A stretch of 63,906 nucleotides of DNA, filler included, from Xylographa opegraphella (lineage: Eukaryota): NCBI GenBank assembly GCA_022813865.1. It is 4 parts of 4 records of this genome, joined end to end, with 100 filler letters (N's around TTAATTAATTAA, not from the genome) between each part and the next. Parts side by side here need not be neighbours in the genome. Positions count along the whole stretch, not along the records: positions 17,164 to 33,383 come from JALDZX010000147.1; positions 33,484 to 48,910 come from JALDZX010000149.1; 2 more parts are not named here. One strand, 5' to 3'. The position numbers and the translations under genes were made by a program. Below, in pieces: positions 25,832 to 40,156 of the stretch. The notes beneath the pieces are model-generated. The model had not been told where the DNA came from. It searched no databases and saw only the letters and a list, made by a program, of their open reading frames with translations. The stretch's first letter is position 1. Each line of letters opens with the position of its first letter.

Positions 25832-26546
25832 AACCATGGTAGCTACGCAGAACCGTTTTTCATGTCTTCTCATGGCCACGTCCTTGGTTGGCGCTGGAGA
25901 TTGAGTGAAGCGAAAATTGGAACCTATGTTATCATTGCACAACCGCTCTTATGTGAATGTTAGAATTCGTCTGTCTCTGTCACTGTGCCTTATACAGAAG
26001 TATTGATCGTAGGTATGAATGGAGCCGTGCTCGAAAAGCTGAAGCGGCTATACTGGCATCACCTGAAGGCTTGGAGTGCCATCTCAGCACTACCTCGAGA
26101 GCATGGCCACCAATTGACCAAAGGCATTGAGGCACTGCAAAACCTCCAGTACCAGCTGGGACTATCAGAGCCAAGGCAGCACATTTTGTTCAATCCGAAT
26201 ACAATACTGGATAAAGCTCAACACGATAACATAAAACGCCATGTGCCCCGGGGCATGCTGTTACAATGTGTTAGATTATGTAATAATATGGCATAATATA
26301 AATGACTAATTAGTATAATATAATGTATAAGAAACGTGATATTATTGTAAAAGCTACGTAATTAACGTTGATTATAGAAATTACTTTAAAGTTACGTAAA
26401 ATTACGTATGTATTATTTAATTAAATATAATACTCGATTAAAATAATATTCGATCGATCGATTCGAATATTTAGTTATTAATTAATAATAGGCCCGAAAC
26501 AGGGATTTTATATTATAATATACCCTTTGAAATTTTATAATCGTAT

Positions 26547-26729
26547 TGTTACGGCTCATCAACTCACCACACAAGGACGCTTAGAACGTAAGCTTTAGAT
26601 GAACGATTTCAACCTAGATTAAGATGGAGAAGCGATGAGGCTGCTCCATGGGCAAGACTATATACTCAAGGTGCTAGTCCTGATCCAGCCCGACCCCTGT
26701 TACTTGTGACTGATGTCATAATCGTCACA
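26547..26729 (+). mobile_element. Solo-LTR family A (183 bp, a few transitions)
   Basis: CGTAT target-site duplication at 26542-26546 and 26730-26734. Confidence 0.92.
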
Positions 26730-28041
26730 CGTATAGCAATAAAATTTCCATTTAAAAGTTAAAAATAATTAAAAATAATATTTATTTAATTTATAATAAG
26801 TATAAAGTTTAAATAATGAGTTATAAATAATAAAATATAATAGAAATAATAAAAAATAATGTTCAAAACGAGGTTTGAATTTATAATTTTAGCGTATTTT
26901 TATTATTTATAGTAATTTTCAACGTTTTTTTTTCAAATTATTACAATTTTCTTATTTTATTTATTATTACCGCTTTCGCGTTTATTTTTTAGCGATTAAT
27001 TATATTTCGCCAACTCTTTATGATTCGAATTATTTAATATATTTTTATTATTTTTATTTAAATAGAAGGTTAATAAATTCGTTTATAAATATTTAATTCG
27101 TAATTAATTATTTAAATTTTAAACGTTCGACCGTATATTTTTAACGAAATGAATATTAATAAATATTAATATATTAAAGTTTCGTTTCGAGTTTATAAAT
27201 TTATTTTTAAACGATTTAAATTGTTTGTTAATTATTATAATAAATTAATAATTTTTTATCATAATATTATTTTAATGAATTAAATAATCTTGATTATTAT
27301 ATTATTTTTATATCGATATAAAATAAATATTTTATTTTATTTTAATTATAAATTTAATAGTTATTTACTGTTTTATAATTTCTCGAATGAAAAATTATTT
27401 TTTTAAAAATAATTTGATTTGCTGTATTATTATCGTAAAGAACGTTAAAAACGGCGATTAATTTATTTTAATAAACGATAATAAATTTTCTTATTTCGTT
27501 AAAAATTAAATAATAGATATTAATATTAACTGCGTCAACATACTCTTTGATTAAATGATAATTATTTAAAATAAATATTAATGAAATTTTCGCTACGTTC
27601 GATCGTATATTAATTATAATAAAATTGATGAATTTTGTTTTACACTAAAACATCAAAGTTTATCATATAATGAATTTTCGCTTATATTAATTAAAAGGTC
27701 AATATTTTGAAATAATGAGTAAATTTTTTTATATTAAATTAAATAATAAATTCATTTATTGATTTTTAATATACTGTTTTTACGAAAATCAGCCAAGTTT
27801 TTAAAAATAATCGCGTCAAATACGAATTTTTTAAGATTAAATAAATTTATTAAAAATCTTGAGTTCGTAAATTAAAATAAAATCGTTTTTTAATTTATTA
27901 CGCTTGTTTTTCTGTTTTTAATAATACGTTATTACAATATTATTAAGAAATAAAATAAAACCCTTATTATTATAAAATAAGAAATCGATATTAAAAATCG
28001 AATATAAATTAATCGTTTTAAAGATTATCGTCAAGGTTTTC

Positions 28042-28272
28042 TGTAACGGCGTGTTACATGGCACCTTAGTAAGTGATAGACGGAACGGGACTAAAGCGCG
28101 TCCGGGACTCAGGCTAGTTCGAAAGCGGTTAGGAGTCTTGGCGTTAGCACTGTTTATCTTAACTTCTACGTGTATTACTAAACTTGCTCTCTTATATTAT
28201 TCTAGGTTGAAATCGCTCATCTATAGCTGTGGTTCTAGGCCTGCTTTTCGGGTGAGATAGCGAGCCGTAACA
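28042..28272 (-). mobile_element. Solo-LTR family B (231 bp)
   Basis: tgtaac...gtaaca ends; flanks TTTTC/TTTAC (4 of 5). Confidence 0.88.
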
Positions 28273-29796
28273 TTTACTATTATAAATAAAATAATTTTTT
28301 TTAAATTATATAAAACACTAAAAAATCATAATATAAATTCTTTACGTTTAAACTCGTTCCAGAGTTTAACGTATAAATGATAAAATAATTTTGGAATTTA
28401 AAAATAAATTAACTCTATTCGTTTGCTAAATTTTAAAATTAAAAAAAGCGACCAAAATAATAAATATTTAAAATACTTTAAATATTAATATTAATACGTA
28501 CGTTTTTTCTTTTATCGCCTGTAAATTTTCTTTTGAATAAATAGAATCTTTTCGCTTAGGTAATTTATTAAATTTATTTTTAAATATTCAAATAAAAAAA
28601 TATAATTTAATATTAAAATTCGACGTCGTTAATTCCGATTTATTTAAAAATATTTTTAATTTAAAGTTTATTTTATTTATCGACTGTTAATTCTTTTAAA
28701 AAAAATACAACTTTTATAGCCTTTAATTTGATTTTAATATCGCGGTTTCAATCTTGTATTTTTTTATAATAAATGTTTTAATGTTTTATTTACTGATTAT
28801 TTCGCGTATATAAATTTTATTATTATTGAATAATAATTTTATTCTTAATTAAAAGTAATAAACGTTGTAAATTTAAATTAGAAATATTTTTTAACGTACG
28901 CTACGTTGTTTAAATTTAATTGTTTAAATTTATAAAAGTTAATAATAATGGAGTTTATTTCGCGCAGCGATAAAATAGTATTTTAATTATTTTAACGTTT
29001 TTCGACAGCGATAATATTGCTGTGTCGTTTATTACAATAATTTTTAAATATTTTATTAATAAATTTTATTTTGCTAATAAATATAATTCAATTGATCAAT
29101 TAATTATTTTTATTTCGATATAAATTCTTAAAAAGTTTATTCGAGACTAATTTATTAATGATTATATATATAAACGAAAAAGTTATTCCAATAAAAATAT
29201 ATAAATATTTTTTACGCTATTTATACATTTAATTTATATATGATGAATAGATATTATAAACGTTGTAATTAGCCTTTTTTCTGATTTTCTACTTATTTTA
29301 TAACGATCGCTTTTAATAGCTTATCAATTTAGCATTTATTATATTTTTATTTAAAAAATTTAAACTTTAATAATTAATTTTTATTATTTTTAACGAGCGT
29401 TCGTAATTTATTTATAATTATAATTAAATATGCGCCGCAAAATTATATTTAAATCGCAATTAATACGCTGTTAATTATTTATTTAATTTCAACCCTTTTT
29501 TAAATTCTATAAGCCAGTATAAAATATTATTTAGAAATTTAATATGAAAACAAAAAACGCGGTTTCTTTTCATTACGGCAAACGATTTTTTAAAATAAAT
29601 AATTTGGTACGTTTTAAATTAATATAATTTTTTATATTCGATCGTTTCGTAAAATTTACGTTTATTACGCGGTTAAAAGAAATTTAAACTCGATATTAAA
29701 AATCTTTAAAATTTAATATTAAATCAAAGATTACATCTTTCAAAATTACGTCAAGCGATTATTAAAATAAATAATTTTGATATTTTAAGTATATAT

Positions 29797-29979
29797 TGTG
29801 ACGGCTATGACATCAGTCACAGGTTATAGGGGTCGGGCTGGATCAGGACTAGCACCTTTAGTATATAGTCTCGCCCATGGAGCAGCCTCANNNNNNNNNN
29901 NNNNNNNNNNNNNNNNAAATCGTCCACCTAAAGCTTACGTTCTAGGCGTGCTTGTGTGGTGAGTTGATGAGCCGTAACA
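29797..29979 (-). mobile_element. Solo-LTR family A (internal N run)
   Basis: Same sequence as other A copies; flanks TATAT/ATTAT do not match. Confidence 0.85.
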
Positions 29980-30826
29980 ATTATGATTCGAGTTAGCTAC
30001 GTAAATACGTATTTAAACTAGATTTCTGATATTTACTGCGATACGTAATTAATCTATAAAATTATAAATATTTTTATAGTAATTCTTTAAATTTCTTTGA
30101 ATAATATATTTTCTCCTTAATTTATTAATATATTTAAATAAAATAAATCGATATAAATTAATTTTGAATAATTTTGACTTTCGATTTTATCATTTTAACC
30201 GTTTTAATTAGCTAAGCCAGACGAATCGAGGAAATTAAGTTTTTTTAAATAAAATAAAGGTTTCTATATATTACACTATTAGTTTTTAAATTTTTTTTAT
30301 TAAATTTTACTAAATTTAATACCTCAATAATTATGATTATTTTTATTTTTTATTTTTTAATTTTAAATTTTTCAAAATATCGAAAGGTTTAAATACGTTC
30401 GATTTCTCGAATCGTAGTTTATTAAGGGTATTTAATCGATTATCAATAAAAGTAGTAAAATTTATAAAAAAAATTAAATTTTACAATCCAAACTTTATCA
30501 ATATTTATTTTTTATAAAAATATTAATAGTATATACAAAACGACTTCTATAAATCTTTTTACGTCGAATTTAAAAAATTTTTATTGATTTTTTAACATAA
30601 ATTTGAAATTAAAAATTTTATAAATCTTGCTCGTATTGCTGAAAATAAATCGATAAAATTAATAAATTTAACGTTATTAATTATAATTTATTTATAGAAA
30701 TCTTTAAACAACGAAAGAATATATTGAACAAATCAATAATCAATTTCGGTAAAGACTTCGAAACGAAAGCAAATTTAAATTATTATAGTATTTTCGATTA
30801 AAAAAGTTACGATAAATATAGAAAAT

Positions 30827-31016
30827 TGTTGAATTTAATCACTAGGCACAGGGGTTTTGGCAGCAGATAGCAGTGCATTGCTTAATCAGTAAGAAGGTGA
30901 AGAGTTCTCCTGAAGATGAAGCTTCAGAAGACTCTTCGAGTCCTGTACTAAGCTAGTCCTAATTGGCTATAGTACAAGCCGACAACACAGGCTGCTAACC
31001 CCCTGGATTTTCAACA
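30827..31016 (+). mobile_element. Solo-LTR family C (190 bp)
   Basis: tgttgaa...ttcaaca terminal inverted repeat; flanks AAAAT/AATAT; homologue at 32596-32785. Confidence 0.85.
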
Positions 31017-32595
31017 AATATTAAAAAAAACGAAAGGGATAAAAAAAGAAAAAGGGGCGATAATAAAAGTAATTGATTTAATTTATATTATTCGTATATT
31101 CTTTATACGTCTGGTAGGTGCTAAAATAGTTGCTTATTTTATTTCCATAATTTTTTATTTATTTATATATTAATTTTTATAAATCCTTTTTAAACTTTCG
31201 ATACGAAAAAAGCGTAAACTAATAATATTTTTCGTACGATTTTTATAATTTTACGTATTTTTTATCATTTATTATTAAATTGTTATTATTGTGTGAGACT
31301 AGGGTAAATATTTTTTTTAAAATTTATTTTATTACTTCCTTGGCCATGATGGGGATTTTTAAAATTTTACGATAATCGAAATTATCGATAACGATGAACA
31401 GACGTCGGCGTGCCTGCGTATATCGTGCGCAAAATATTAACACAGAATATATATAATTAAAATCGAAAAAACTACGTAATGAAATTTGTATAAATAATTT
31501 GTTTCGCAGTAAATTTATAATATTTATTAAAATATTCGAATTATTAAATTTTTTATTTATTTACTCGATTTTCGAATATTTTTATAATAGTTAATCGAGC
31601 GTTTAATATAATATCAGCAAAAAGAAATTTGCTTAAAATTTAAAAGTTTTACAAATCGATCAAAAAGTATATTTTTGCGTATTTAATATATATAATACGT
31701 TTAATACATTTAGTAAAAAACTTTATTTTTAATTCTTTTAGTAAATATATTTAAAATAAATTTTATACTCTTTTTAAATCATAGCTAAAAATATAATAAA
31801 TTTCAAAATTTTAAATTAACGAACATTATTCGTAAATATTGATTAACGTGGTAACTTTACGAATATTTAACGTAATTCAAAAATTTTAACGAATTTAAAT
31901 TTTCTACGTAAAATCAATTTAATTACGTGTTTATATTATTTATATAAATTTAATGAAAAACCTGCTTAAAAGAATTTATAAAAATTTTTCAAATAATATA
32001 ATTTGTGTAATTGATTTTTAATAATTTTTGAACATATTTCTAAGCGAATTAACTATTTTAAAATATTCTTTTTAATTTTTTGGTTAATAAAAAATTTGTT
32101 AAATATACTGAACGTATTAAACGTATTAAATGCGCAAAATATATATAAAAATATATAAAAATATTTAAAAATTAAAAACCTTGTATTATTTCTGTAAATT
32201 TACTTTTAACGCAAAATGTATATTTTTTAATCGAAGTTTCATTTTTCATTTTTACTGATATAAAATTAAATAATTTTAAATAATTTTAGCATTTTTTATT
32301 TTAACTTTTACAATACAATTAATTTCTAATATTATAAACAGTTAAAGATATATAAATTTTCAATAAAAATAAAAGCAAAAAACAATATTAATAACTTTAA
32401 GTAGCGATTTTTTTCGATAATATTAATTAATATAATGATAACAATTACGAATATATTTAATTTATCGAAAAATTGATAGACTTTTTAAAATATTTTAGAT
32501 AAAAATTATCGTTCGATTTATTCGTATATTATTTATTTAAAATTATTTTATCATTAATAAATTAAAAATTTTTAATCAAACAAATTTTTGAAATG

Positions 32596-32785
32596 TGTTG
32601 AAAATTCAGGGGATTAGCAGCCTGTGTTATCATTTTGTATTATAATTAATTAGGACCAGCTTAATACAGAACTCGAAGAGTTTTCTGAAGCTTTAATTTC
32701 AGGAGAACTTTTCACCTTTTTAGTAATTAAGCAATGCATTACTATTTGCTGCCAAAACCCCTGTGCCTAGTGATTAAATTCAATA
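32596..32785 (-). mobile_element. Solo-LTR family C, RIP-mutated
   Basis: AAATG target-site duplication at 32591-32595 and 32786-32790; differs from 30827-31016 mainly by transitions. Confidence 0.88.
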
Positions 32786-33383
32786 AAATGCTAATATAAA
32801 CGTATAATTACGCAGTTTATGTATAATATAAATATATTTATTCATAATTTATATTAATATTAATTTATTACGCGATTCGCGTTTTTACGTAACGATAGAA
32901 ACCGCGAAATTGTTTAAAATAACTTTTTTAACATCGATTTAAAATTCGTCAAAATACTGTATATATTAATAATTATTAAACTAATTATTATTATATCGTT
33001 TATACGAAAATTAATTTATTATAAATTTATTAATATATTATTATTAATCAATAATTAACGTATCATTATAAAATATAAAATTTTCGTAATTTTTTTATTA
33101 TTTGTCGTAAATCGATTTCAATTATATATTTTCCAAAAACGAGACGATGAAATATATTAATTATTTTTTTAATACCGCGAATATATACTTACGAAATTTG
33201 TTATTAAAAATTATTTAAATCCTTTTAAAATATTAATATTTTTTTATAATGATTAAATTTTAATTTATACGATATCCCGCTTAAAAATTAAAAAGTTTTA
33301 TTTTTTTTATTTTTTTTTGTTTTTTTGTTTTTTGTTTTTTGTTTTTTGTTTTTTGTTTTTTGTTTTTTGTTTTTTGTTTTTTG

Positions 33384-33483
33384 NNNNNNNNNNNNNNNNN
33401 NNNNNNNNNNNNNNNNNNNNNNNNNNNTTAATTAATTAANNNNNNNNNNNNNNNNNNNNNNNNNNNNNNNNNNNNNNNNNNNN
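33384..33483. other. Assembly gap with TTAATTAATTAA linker, preceded by a (T)nG simple repeat
   Basis: Linker at 33428-33439. Confidence 0.9.
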
Positions 33484-33543
33484 TTGACGAATCCAACCCA
33501 GATCCCTAATCGAACTATACTAGTGAGAGGCAGGATCGTAACA
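33484..33543. mobile_element. Family D LTR end at a contig edge
   Basis: Reverse complement of 48851-48910; ends gtaaca. Confidence 0.8.
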
Positions 33544-36500
33544 TAAGCGTGTTTTTTTTCGTTCCGCCTTTATCGTTTACGTTTACTCCGTATAATATTA
33601 TCGTTAATACGTATTTAAACTGCTACTGTCTTTTAAATAAACGTAAATAAGATAATTACATTCGATTTTATAATTAATAACGATATAAATATACTTCGAA
33701 GCAATTTAGTTAGTCGAAAAAATTATATTAAAAAACTCCCTTAAAATATTAAGGCTATATTTAGAAACTTTTAAATTTTTCGATCAACGTTTATAAATTT
33801 AATAATAATAGCAACGAGTTAAATACTTTAAAAAAAAGCTCGAAATAATTATTCACTCGAAATACGCGTATAAATATTATTAATATTATTTAATAAATTT
33901 AATCGAAATTTAACTATAGGGAATCGTTTATCTGCAGTACTTATATATATAATTAATATATATTGACGAGTTTATATTATCGAATCTTAATAAATATTTA
34001 TTTATATTAAAATATACGTTATTAATACGTACTCGAGAACCCGCGTTTCGCGAAATTAATTTAAATCGAATTCGATCTAAAATATAATTTATTATATAAT
34101 CGAAAAATTTTGAAAAAAATTTAATAAATAATAAAATTTAATTATATAATATATTTATGTTTTTTTATATTTTTTACGAATATTTTCGCGTTACCCTTTA
34201 AGGAGTTTTAAAATAAATTTATAAATACAAAAATTTTAATTATTTAAATATTATTATATTAAAACAAAGAAAAAAAATTATCATTATTTTATCGATATAA
34301 ACTCTCGAACTATTATTATTGTATAGCGAATTAAAAGGTTACGACGCTTTTAAAATTTTATTTAAATAACCTTTAATTTACAATAAAATTAAAGATTCAA
34401 AATTAAATTAATAAATATAAAAAATAATTTCGAACGAAATTTATATATATTTTAATTAAACAAAACCAGGGTGTTATACGTGTTTCAAAATTTAAAAAAA
34501 AGAATCGATTATAAAATATTAATAATAACTTATTAAAATAAAAGAATTTTATTTCGCGATTATTTTACAATATTAGTTTAAACTTTAAATTAAAAATATT
34601 ATAAAAACATCGATACGAACATAATAACGAAAAATTTAATATTATAATTCGCCTTCAATTTAAATTAATTAATTCGAAAGTTTATCAATAATTTTAAGAA
34701 AATTTAACGATGTAATATGAAACGATCAAGCCGTTTATATTATCTTTAAATTAAAATTATTTAATAGAATTGTAAATTATATCGTAATCGATTACTTTGT
34801 TAAATTATTTTAAAAATACGTCGTTTTTAAGCAAGTCGTGTTTTGAATAGAAATATATTTAGCGTTAATAAATATTAAGTTCGACGAAAAGCAAATAATA
34901 CGTAAACGCGAAAAAAATAAAATAATATATTTAAAGAAATATTCTAAATATTAATGTTATTTTGTTAAATAAATAACCCCTTTCAAAATAAAAACGTTCA
35001 ATAAATAACGAGCTCGATCATCGATTAAAAAATAATTTATATAAATATTATAAATTTATCGAATATTTCGCTAATAATTATAACATAAAAGCGAATGATT
35101 TTACTGCGAAAAATATTTCGCCGCGAAAGTAAAAATATCGTAAAAAGTATGTTTTCAATTTTTAATAATTTATATTTAACGATTTTAAATTATTTATTTA
35201 TACGTAAAAATTATTTTAAATTATTTAATTAATTACGACACAACGATAAATTTTATTTTATATATATAAATCAATATATAAATTTTAAAGCTCGTAAACC
35301 TAATAGTTTTCGCAATTCAAAAAGTAAATTTATAAATTTTAAAATCAAAATTTATAAATAGTTATTATTTTATTATCATAAAACTTAAGGCAATTAAATA
35401 TAAATAACTTTTTCGAATAATAATTTCATTAAAATACGATATAATTTTTAAGCTATTATAATTTATAAAAAATAATTCGAAAATCGATTACAAATTTCGA
35501 AATATTTTACTACAAAAAATCTTTTTATCGATATTATTTATAAATATCAATATCGTCTTACACACCCTGGAACTCAATAATATAATAACTTAAATTTAAA
35601 TTATCGAGCTCGATAATAAATCGCCTATATTTTTAAAAAATATATATATAAATTTCGTAAATATTTTTAGCGAATTTAAAATAATTATATTATTTAAATA
35701 TCGCCTTAAAATCGACTATAAATTCGAATTTTTATCGAATAATATATTGTTTTTCGATCCCTTATACAACTTTTTTAAATTAAATCAAAAATATTAAAAA
35801 TATATATTCATACGAATCTTATATTAGAATTTATTAAAAAATTTATAAATTCAACAGGCGCGTTAATTCTTTCTATAAAAAACTATTTTTTAAAATTATA
35901 TATTAAATACCGCGATTTAACTGCCATTGTAATAAAAAATAAATATCTTTCATCAATTTTTAGATTAACAAATCGACTGTCGAGAGCTCGACGTTTTATA
36001 CGCTTCAATTTAACTACGATATTTAATTTAATTCCAATTTAACGTAATTAAAAATAAATAATAACGTTTCGAACGCGATACATAAATTTCGAATATTTCA
36101 TTATATTTTTTAATCTTTATATTATTCTAGGAATATATTATTTATATATCAATATTATTTTACGATCGATAATTAATAAAACAGTAATTACGTATTTTAA
36201 TAATATTTTAATATTTTTGGGTGATTTTAAAAATCACGTAAAAAACTTAAAAGAAGTATTAAATTTATTACGTAAAAATAATCTTTATATAAAACTTTTA
36301 AAATATTTATTCAACGTCGAATTTATGAATTTCTTAAAATTTATAATCTTTACGTTTAATATATTTAAAATTTTTCTAAAATACTACGATATCGAATTGA
36401 CCCGTATTAGTATATTTTAAAAAAATTTAAACTTTTTTAATTCTTACGAATTTTTACTAGCACTTTATTTATTTTTTATTATAATAAAATCGCTGTAATT

Positions 36501-39138
36501 ATTAATTTAATTAAAAAAATATTTTTCTGATTATAACTATAATAGCGCTATTCGTATTTAAAAATCAAAAACAATATTTTAGAAACGCTTTTACTCCAAT
36601 ATTTTTCTCCAAAAAATTAAATTTCGTATATTACGACGCAAGCGATTTCGCGATTATAAAAAAACTTTTTCAAAAATAAAAAAATATATATTAATATTTT
36701 ATCGTATTTTACTCTACAAAATAAGGCATTTTTAAACTAAATTACACTATAAAGAATAACGAATGTTTAATTATTATAGCAGTTTTTAAAGTCTGAAAAC
36801 ATTACTTCAAAAGCGTAAAAAAATAAATCGTAGTATATAATAATTATAATAATTTACGTATATTTAATATTATAATAGATTTATCGCGACAACAAACGCG
36901 ATGGGTAAAATACCTCGTTAAATTTGATTTCGTAATTTTATATATATTTAATAAATTTAATTTAGTTAACGTACTTTCACGACGCGCGAATTATATAATT
37001 AATTTTAAATTAAAAAAAGTTTATATTATAATTTATTTACGTAAAAATATTTATAAACTTTTTTAAAAAAAATCCTTAATTATAAATTTACAATAATATA
37101 AAACGCTAAAAATATTTATAATCGCGATTCTCGACGATATATAAATAATTTTATCGCTTCAAATTAAATCATTATTATTAAAAAAATAATACGTTTCGTT
37201 TCGGAACCGCGATATTAACGATATATTTAAATTTTATTATTCGCAATGGTTCCTTGTTCTTCGAAAGTAATTGAATTTATATTTTATTTACGTTGTAAAA
37301 TTACGTTTTAAAGAAATATTATAATATTTTAATAATAAAAATAATAGAAATAACGAATTTTTATATTCTATTAATAAATATTATTACTGGCTCGAACTCA
37401 AAGATTTTATTCAAAATTTATACAAATATATAATATATATTGAAAAATAAAGAAACCTTAAATAATATCGAACGAAAATTTATAATTATTATTTATTTTT
37501 AGCTATTTTTAAGCCAGTATTTTAATTAATATAATTATAAAACCCCCACGTTTAATATTTTCGGCCGATAAAAATTATTATTGAAAATACAGTTCGATAA
37601 TAATCGTAGTTAATAAATTAATTAAAATTATTTATTTTGTTTTATATTATACCAAAATAAACGTATTTCAATTTGAATATTTAATAATTCAAAAAATCTT
37701 TAAACATTATATAGTATTAACATCAATCGTAAGCAATAAAGAAGTTTTATTTATATTAAAATTTAAGAAAACACTGTTTAAAGTATTAAAAATTAAATTT
37801 AAACTATCGATAGTTTATTATCCCCGATTTAATAAATAAATTAATTAATATAATTAAATAATAAAGTAATGTCTACGAGTCTTTATTAATTGAAATTAAA
37901 ATAATTAAATAAATTACTTATCGCTAGCTAAATATATTTTTAATAATAATATTAATATATTTATAAAAATATTACCCTTTTTCTAGAAAAAAAATATCAA
38001 CGATTATAAATAGTAATAAACGTTAAAGTTAATAAAATATTAATAAACGCTATAATTTACGCGAAAAATATTTAAAATATTAATAAAAATTAAAAATATA
38101 TAATAAAGACTGTATGAAAAATTTAAGCAAAGTATTATAACAAGCATTATTTCTTAGTAAAATTTAAAAAAAACGATTTAATCCTTTTAAAAAGTATGAA
38201 TACTCGAATAATACGCCTATTAAAAAGTTTAAAAATTAATATTTTAAATTATTTTACATTCTTAAATATATTGAAAAAAAAGTTTACAAATTAAACCTGT
38301 CGAATATATACAGAATTTATAATATTTTTTATATAAAATTATTTAAACTGCGGGAAATAAATACGCGAGCGCTAACCATTTTATTTTTTATTAAAATAAT
38401 AAATTAAAAGTTTATTATCGAAAAAACAATATAATTAAAATATATAAAACGTAATATTAAATATATTTATAAATAACAAGGCTATAAAAATACTGTTATT
38501 CAATTAGCAGAAATTATCGAGCAGAATACGCCATTATTAATTAATTTTTTTTATAAAAAATACCCTTTTGCCCCAGGCCCTTTATTTAATAAATAATTAT
38601 TCAGGGTTTTTTATTTATTAAAATATATTTCGTTTATATTTATATTTCATTAATAAATTTACGTTACGTTCATATTATATTTATTATTTTATATTTTATT
38701 TATATTCGCGAAATTTTATATTACGTTTATATTCGCGAAGTTTTATATCACGTTTATATTCGCGAAGTTTTATATTTCGTTTATATTCGCAACTTTTAAA
38801 TTTCGTATACATTTATTTTATATATTATAATTATAAGCATTTTGCGTTTCGTTTATATAAAAATTTAAATCTTTTTAAGGCCAAAAAGCATGAGAACAGG
38901 GAGAAAACTATAAAATATAAAGTTTAAAATAACGTTCGATCTGCCTGCCTGCCTGCCTGCCTGCCGATTTAAATTTTAAACGTGGCTTTCGACTGCTCGC
39001 ATCCTGGGCGTAGCTTCCCGTTTAGGAAACTCAATATATATATAATCAAAATCTGCGATTCTCAACGCTTCCCTCCTTAATTTCAGCTTGATAAATCAAA
39101 TACGTATTGCATTCTAAGCTCAAACCTCGCATTTTATA
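33544..39138 (+). mobile_element. Near full-length RIP-destroyed Ty3/gypsy retrotransposon (family G); 3' LTR 38909-39138
   Basis: Ghost pol motifs in RT-RNaseH-IN order: acgtttcgaacgcgatac (TAFRTRY-like), tattttaataatattttaata (YLDDIL-like), ORF 36217 NHVKNLKEVLNLLRKNNLYIKL, gacgcaagcgatttcgcg (DASDFA), ttatcgcgacaacaaacgcgatgg (LSRRQARW-like), ctttcacgacgc (LSRR); purine tract gagaacagggagaaaa before the LTR. Confidence 0.85.
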
Positions 39139-39147
39139 ATTATTATT

Positions 39148-39319
39148 TATAAAATAAACGTTTAACTATAAAACTTATAATCGTGTAGTAATATAAAAAC
39201 ATTGAATTATAATTATGAAAGAGAAATTTAGCTATATAATAACTCGTTAAAATATAAAAATAAAGCAAAAAGAAAGAAATACAAGTTAAATTAAAATTCA
39301 AAATTCAAAACTCGTAACA
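39148..39319 (+). mobile_element. Solo-LTR family E, heavily RIP-mutated
   Basis: Colinear with 9805-9979; ends ctcgtaaca. Confidence 0.55.
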
Positions 39320-39433
39320 ATAATAAAATTAATACTTTATAAAATTATTTATCAAAATATATATAAAAAATTAGTTTTTTCTTAAAAAAAGCTTTTTTAT
39401 ATATAATTACGTTAATTTAACGACTATTAATTA

Positions 39434-39745
39434 AATAATTATATTAATTTCATAACTACGCTAATTTAATAATTATATTAATTTCATAATTACGTTAATT
39501 TAATAATTACATTAATTTCATAATTACGTTAATTTAATAATTATATTAATTCCATAATTACGTTAATTTAATAATTATATTAATTTCATAATTACGTTAA
39601 TTTAATAATTATATTAATTTTATAATTACGTTAATTTAATAATTATATTAATTTCATAATTACCTCAATTTAATAATTATATTAATTTCATAATTACCTT
39701 AATTTAATAATTATATTAATTTAATAATTACGTTCATTTAATAAC
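39434..39745. repeat. 34-bp tandem repeat (AATAATTATATTAATTTCATAATTACGTTAATTT), about 9 units
   Basis: Period of 34 counted directly. Confidence 0.9.
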
Positions 39746-40156
39746 AGGCTAACGCTTATATTCTTTTCAAATAATATAAAAGTATTTTCCTACGCGACGT
39801 TATTTTCAATATCTATATTATTTTTTATTTATTTATTATTCATATTAATAATTTTTAATAAATATTGAAATAATTTTTGAAAGTTTTAATTGATTAACGA
39901 ACGCAAATAAGTAAATGATTTAGAAAGAAATTTCTGCGTTCCCAATATTTATGTTCGAATATGGCTAGTACGTCCCGCTTTTTATGACCACCGCGAGGTA
40001 AGGTACACAGTACCTACGTAATTGTTCCATACGGAAGCGGCTAGGATCGCTAAGCTAAGCTAAGGTAGCTCAAGGCTCAGCGCAGCCCACAATATCCACT
40101 CACAGAATTAAAGACTTTTCAAGGACGAAGATACCTCACGAAAGCAGAGTACAACA

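Larger units (their letters stand above)
26320..39950. repeat. AT-rich block of RIP-degraded transposons
   Basis: Composition, nested LTR inserts, gypsy relic. Confidence 0.9.

Noticed and set aside
28051..28260. Recurrent 70-80 aa ORF (also 6386-6619, 14179-14418)
   Set aside because: Lies wholly within LTR family B, has non-ATG or inconsistent starts and no recognisable domain
30827..32785. Two C LTRs 1.6 kb apart as one element
   Set aside because: They are inverted and the second has its own TSD, so they are independent insertions
39434..39745. CRISPR-like appearance of the 34-bp repeats
   Set aside because: Head-to-tail tandem units with no spacers, in a eukaryotic context
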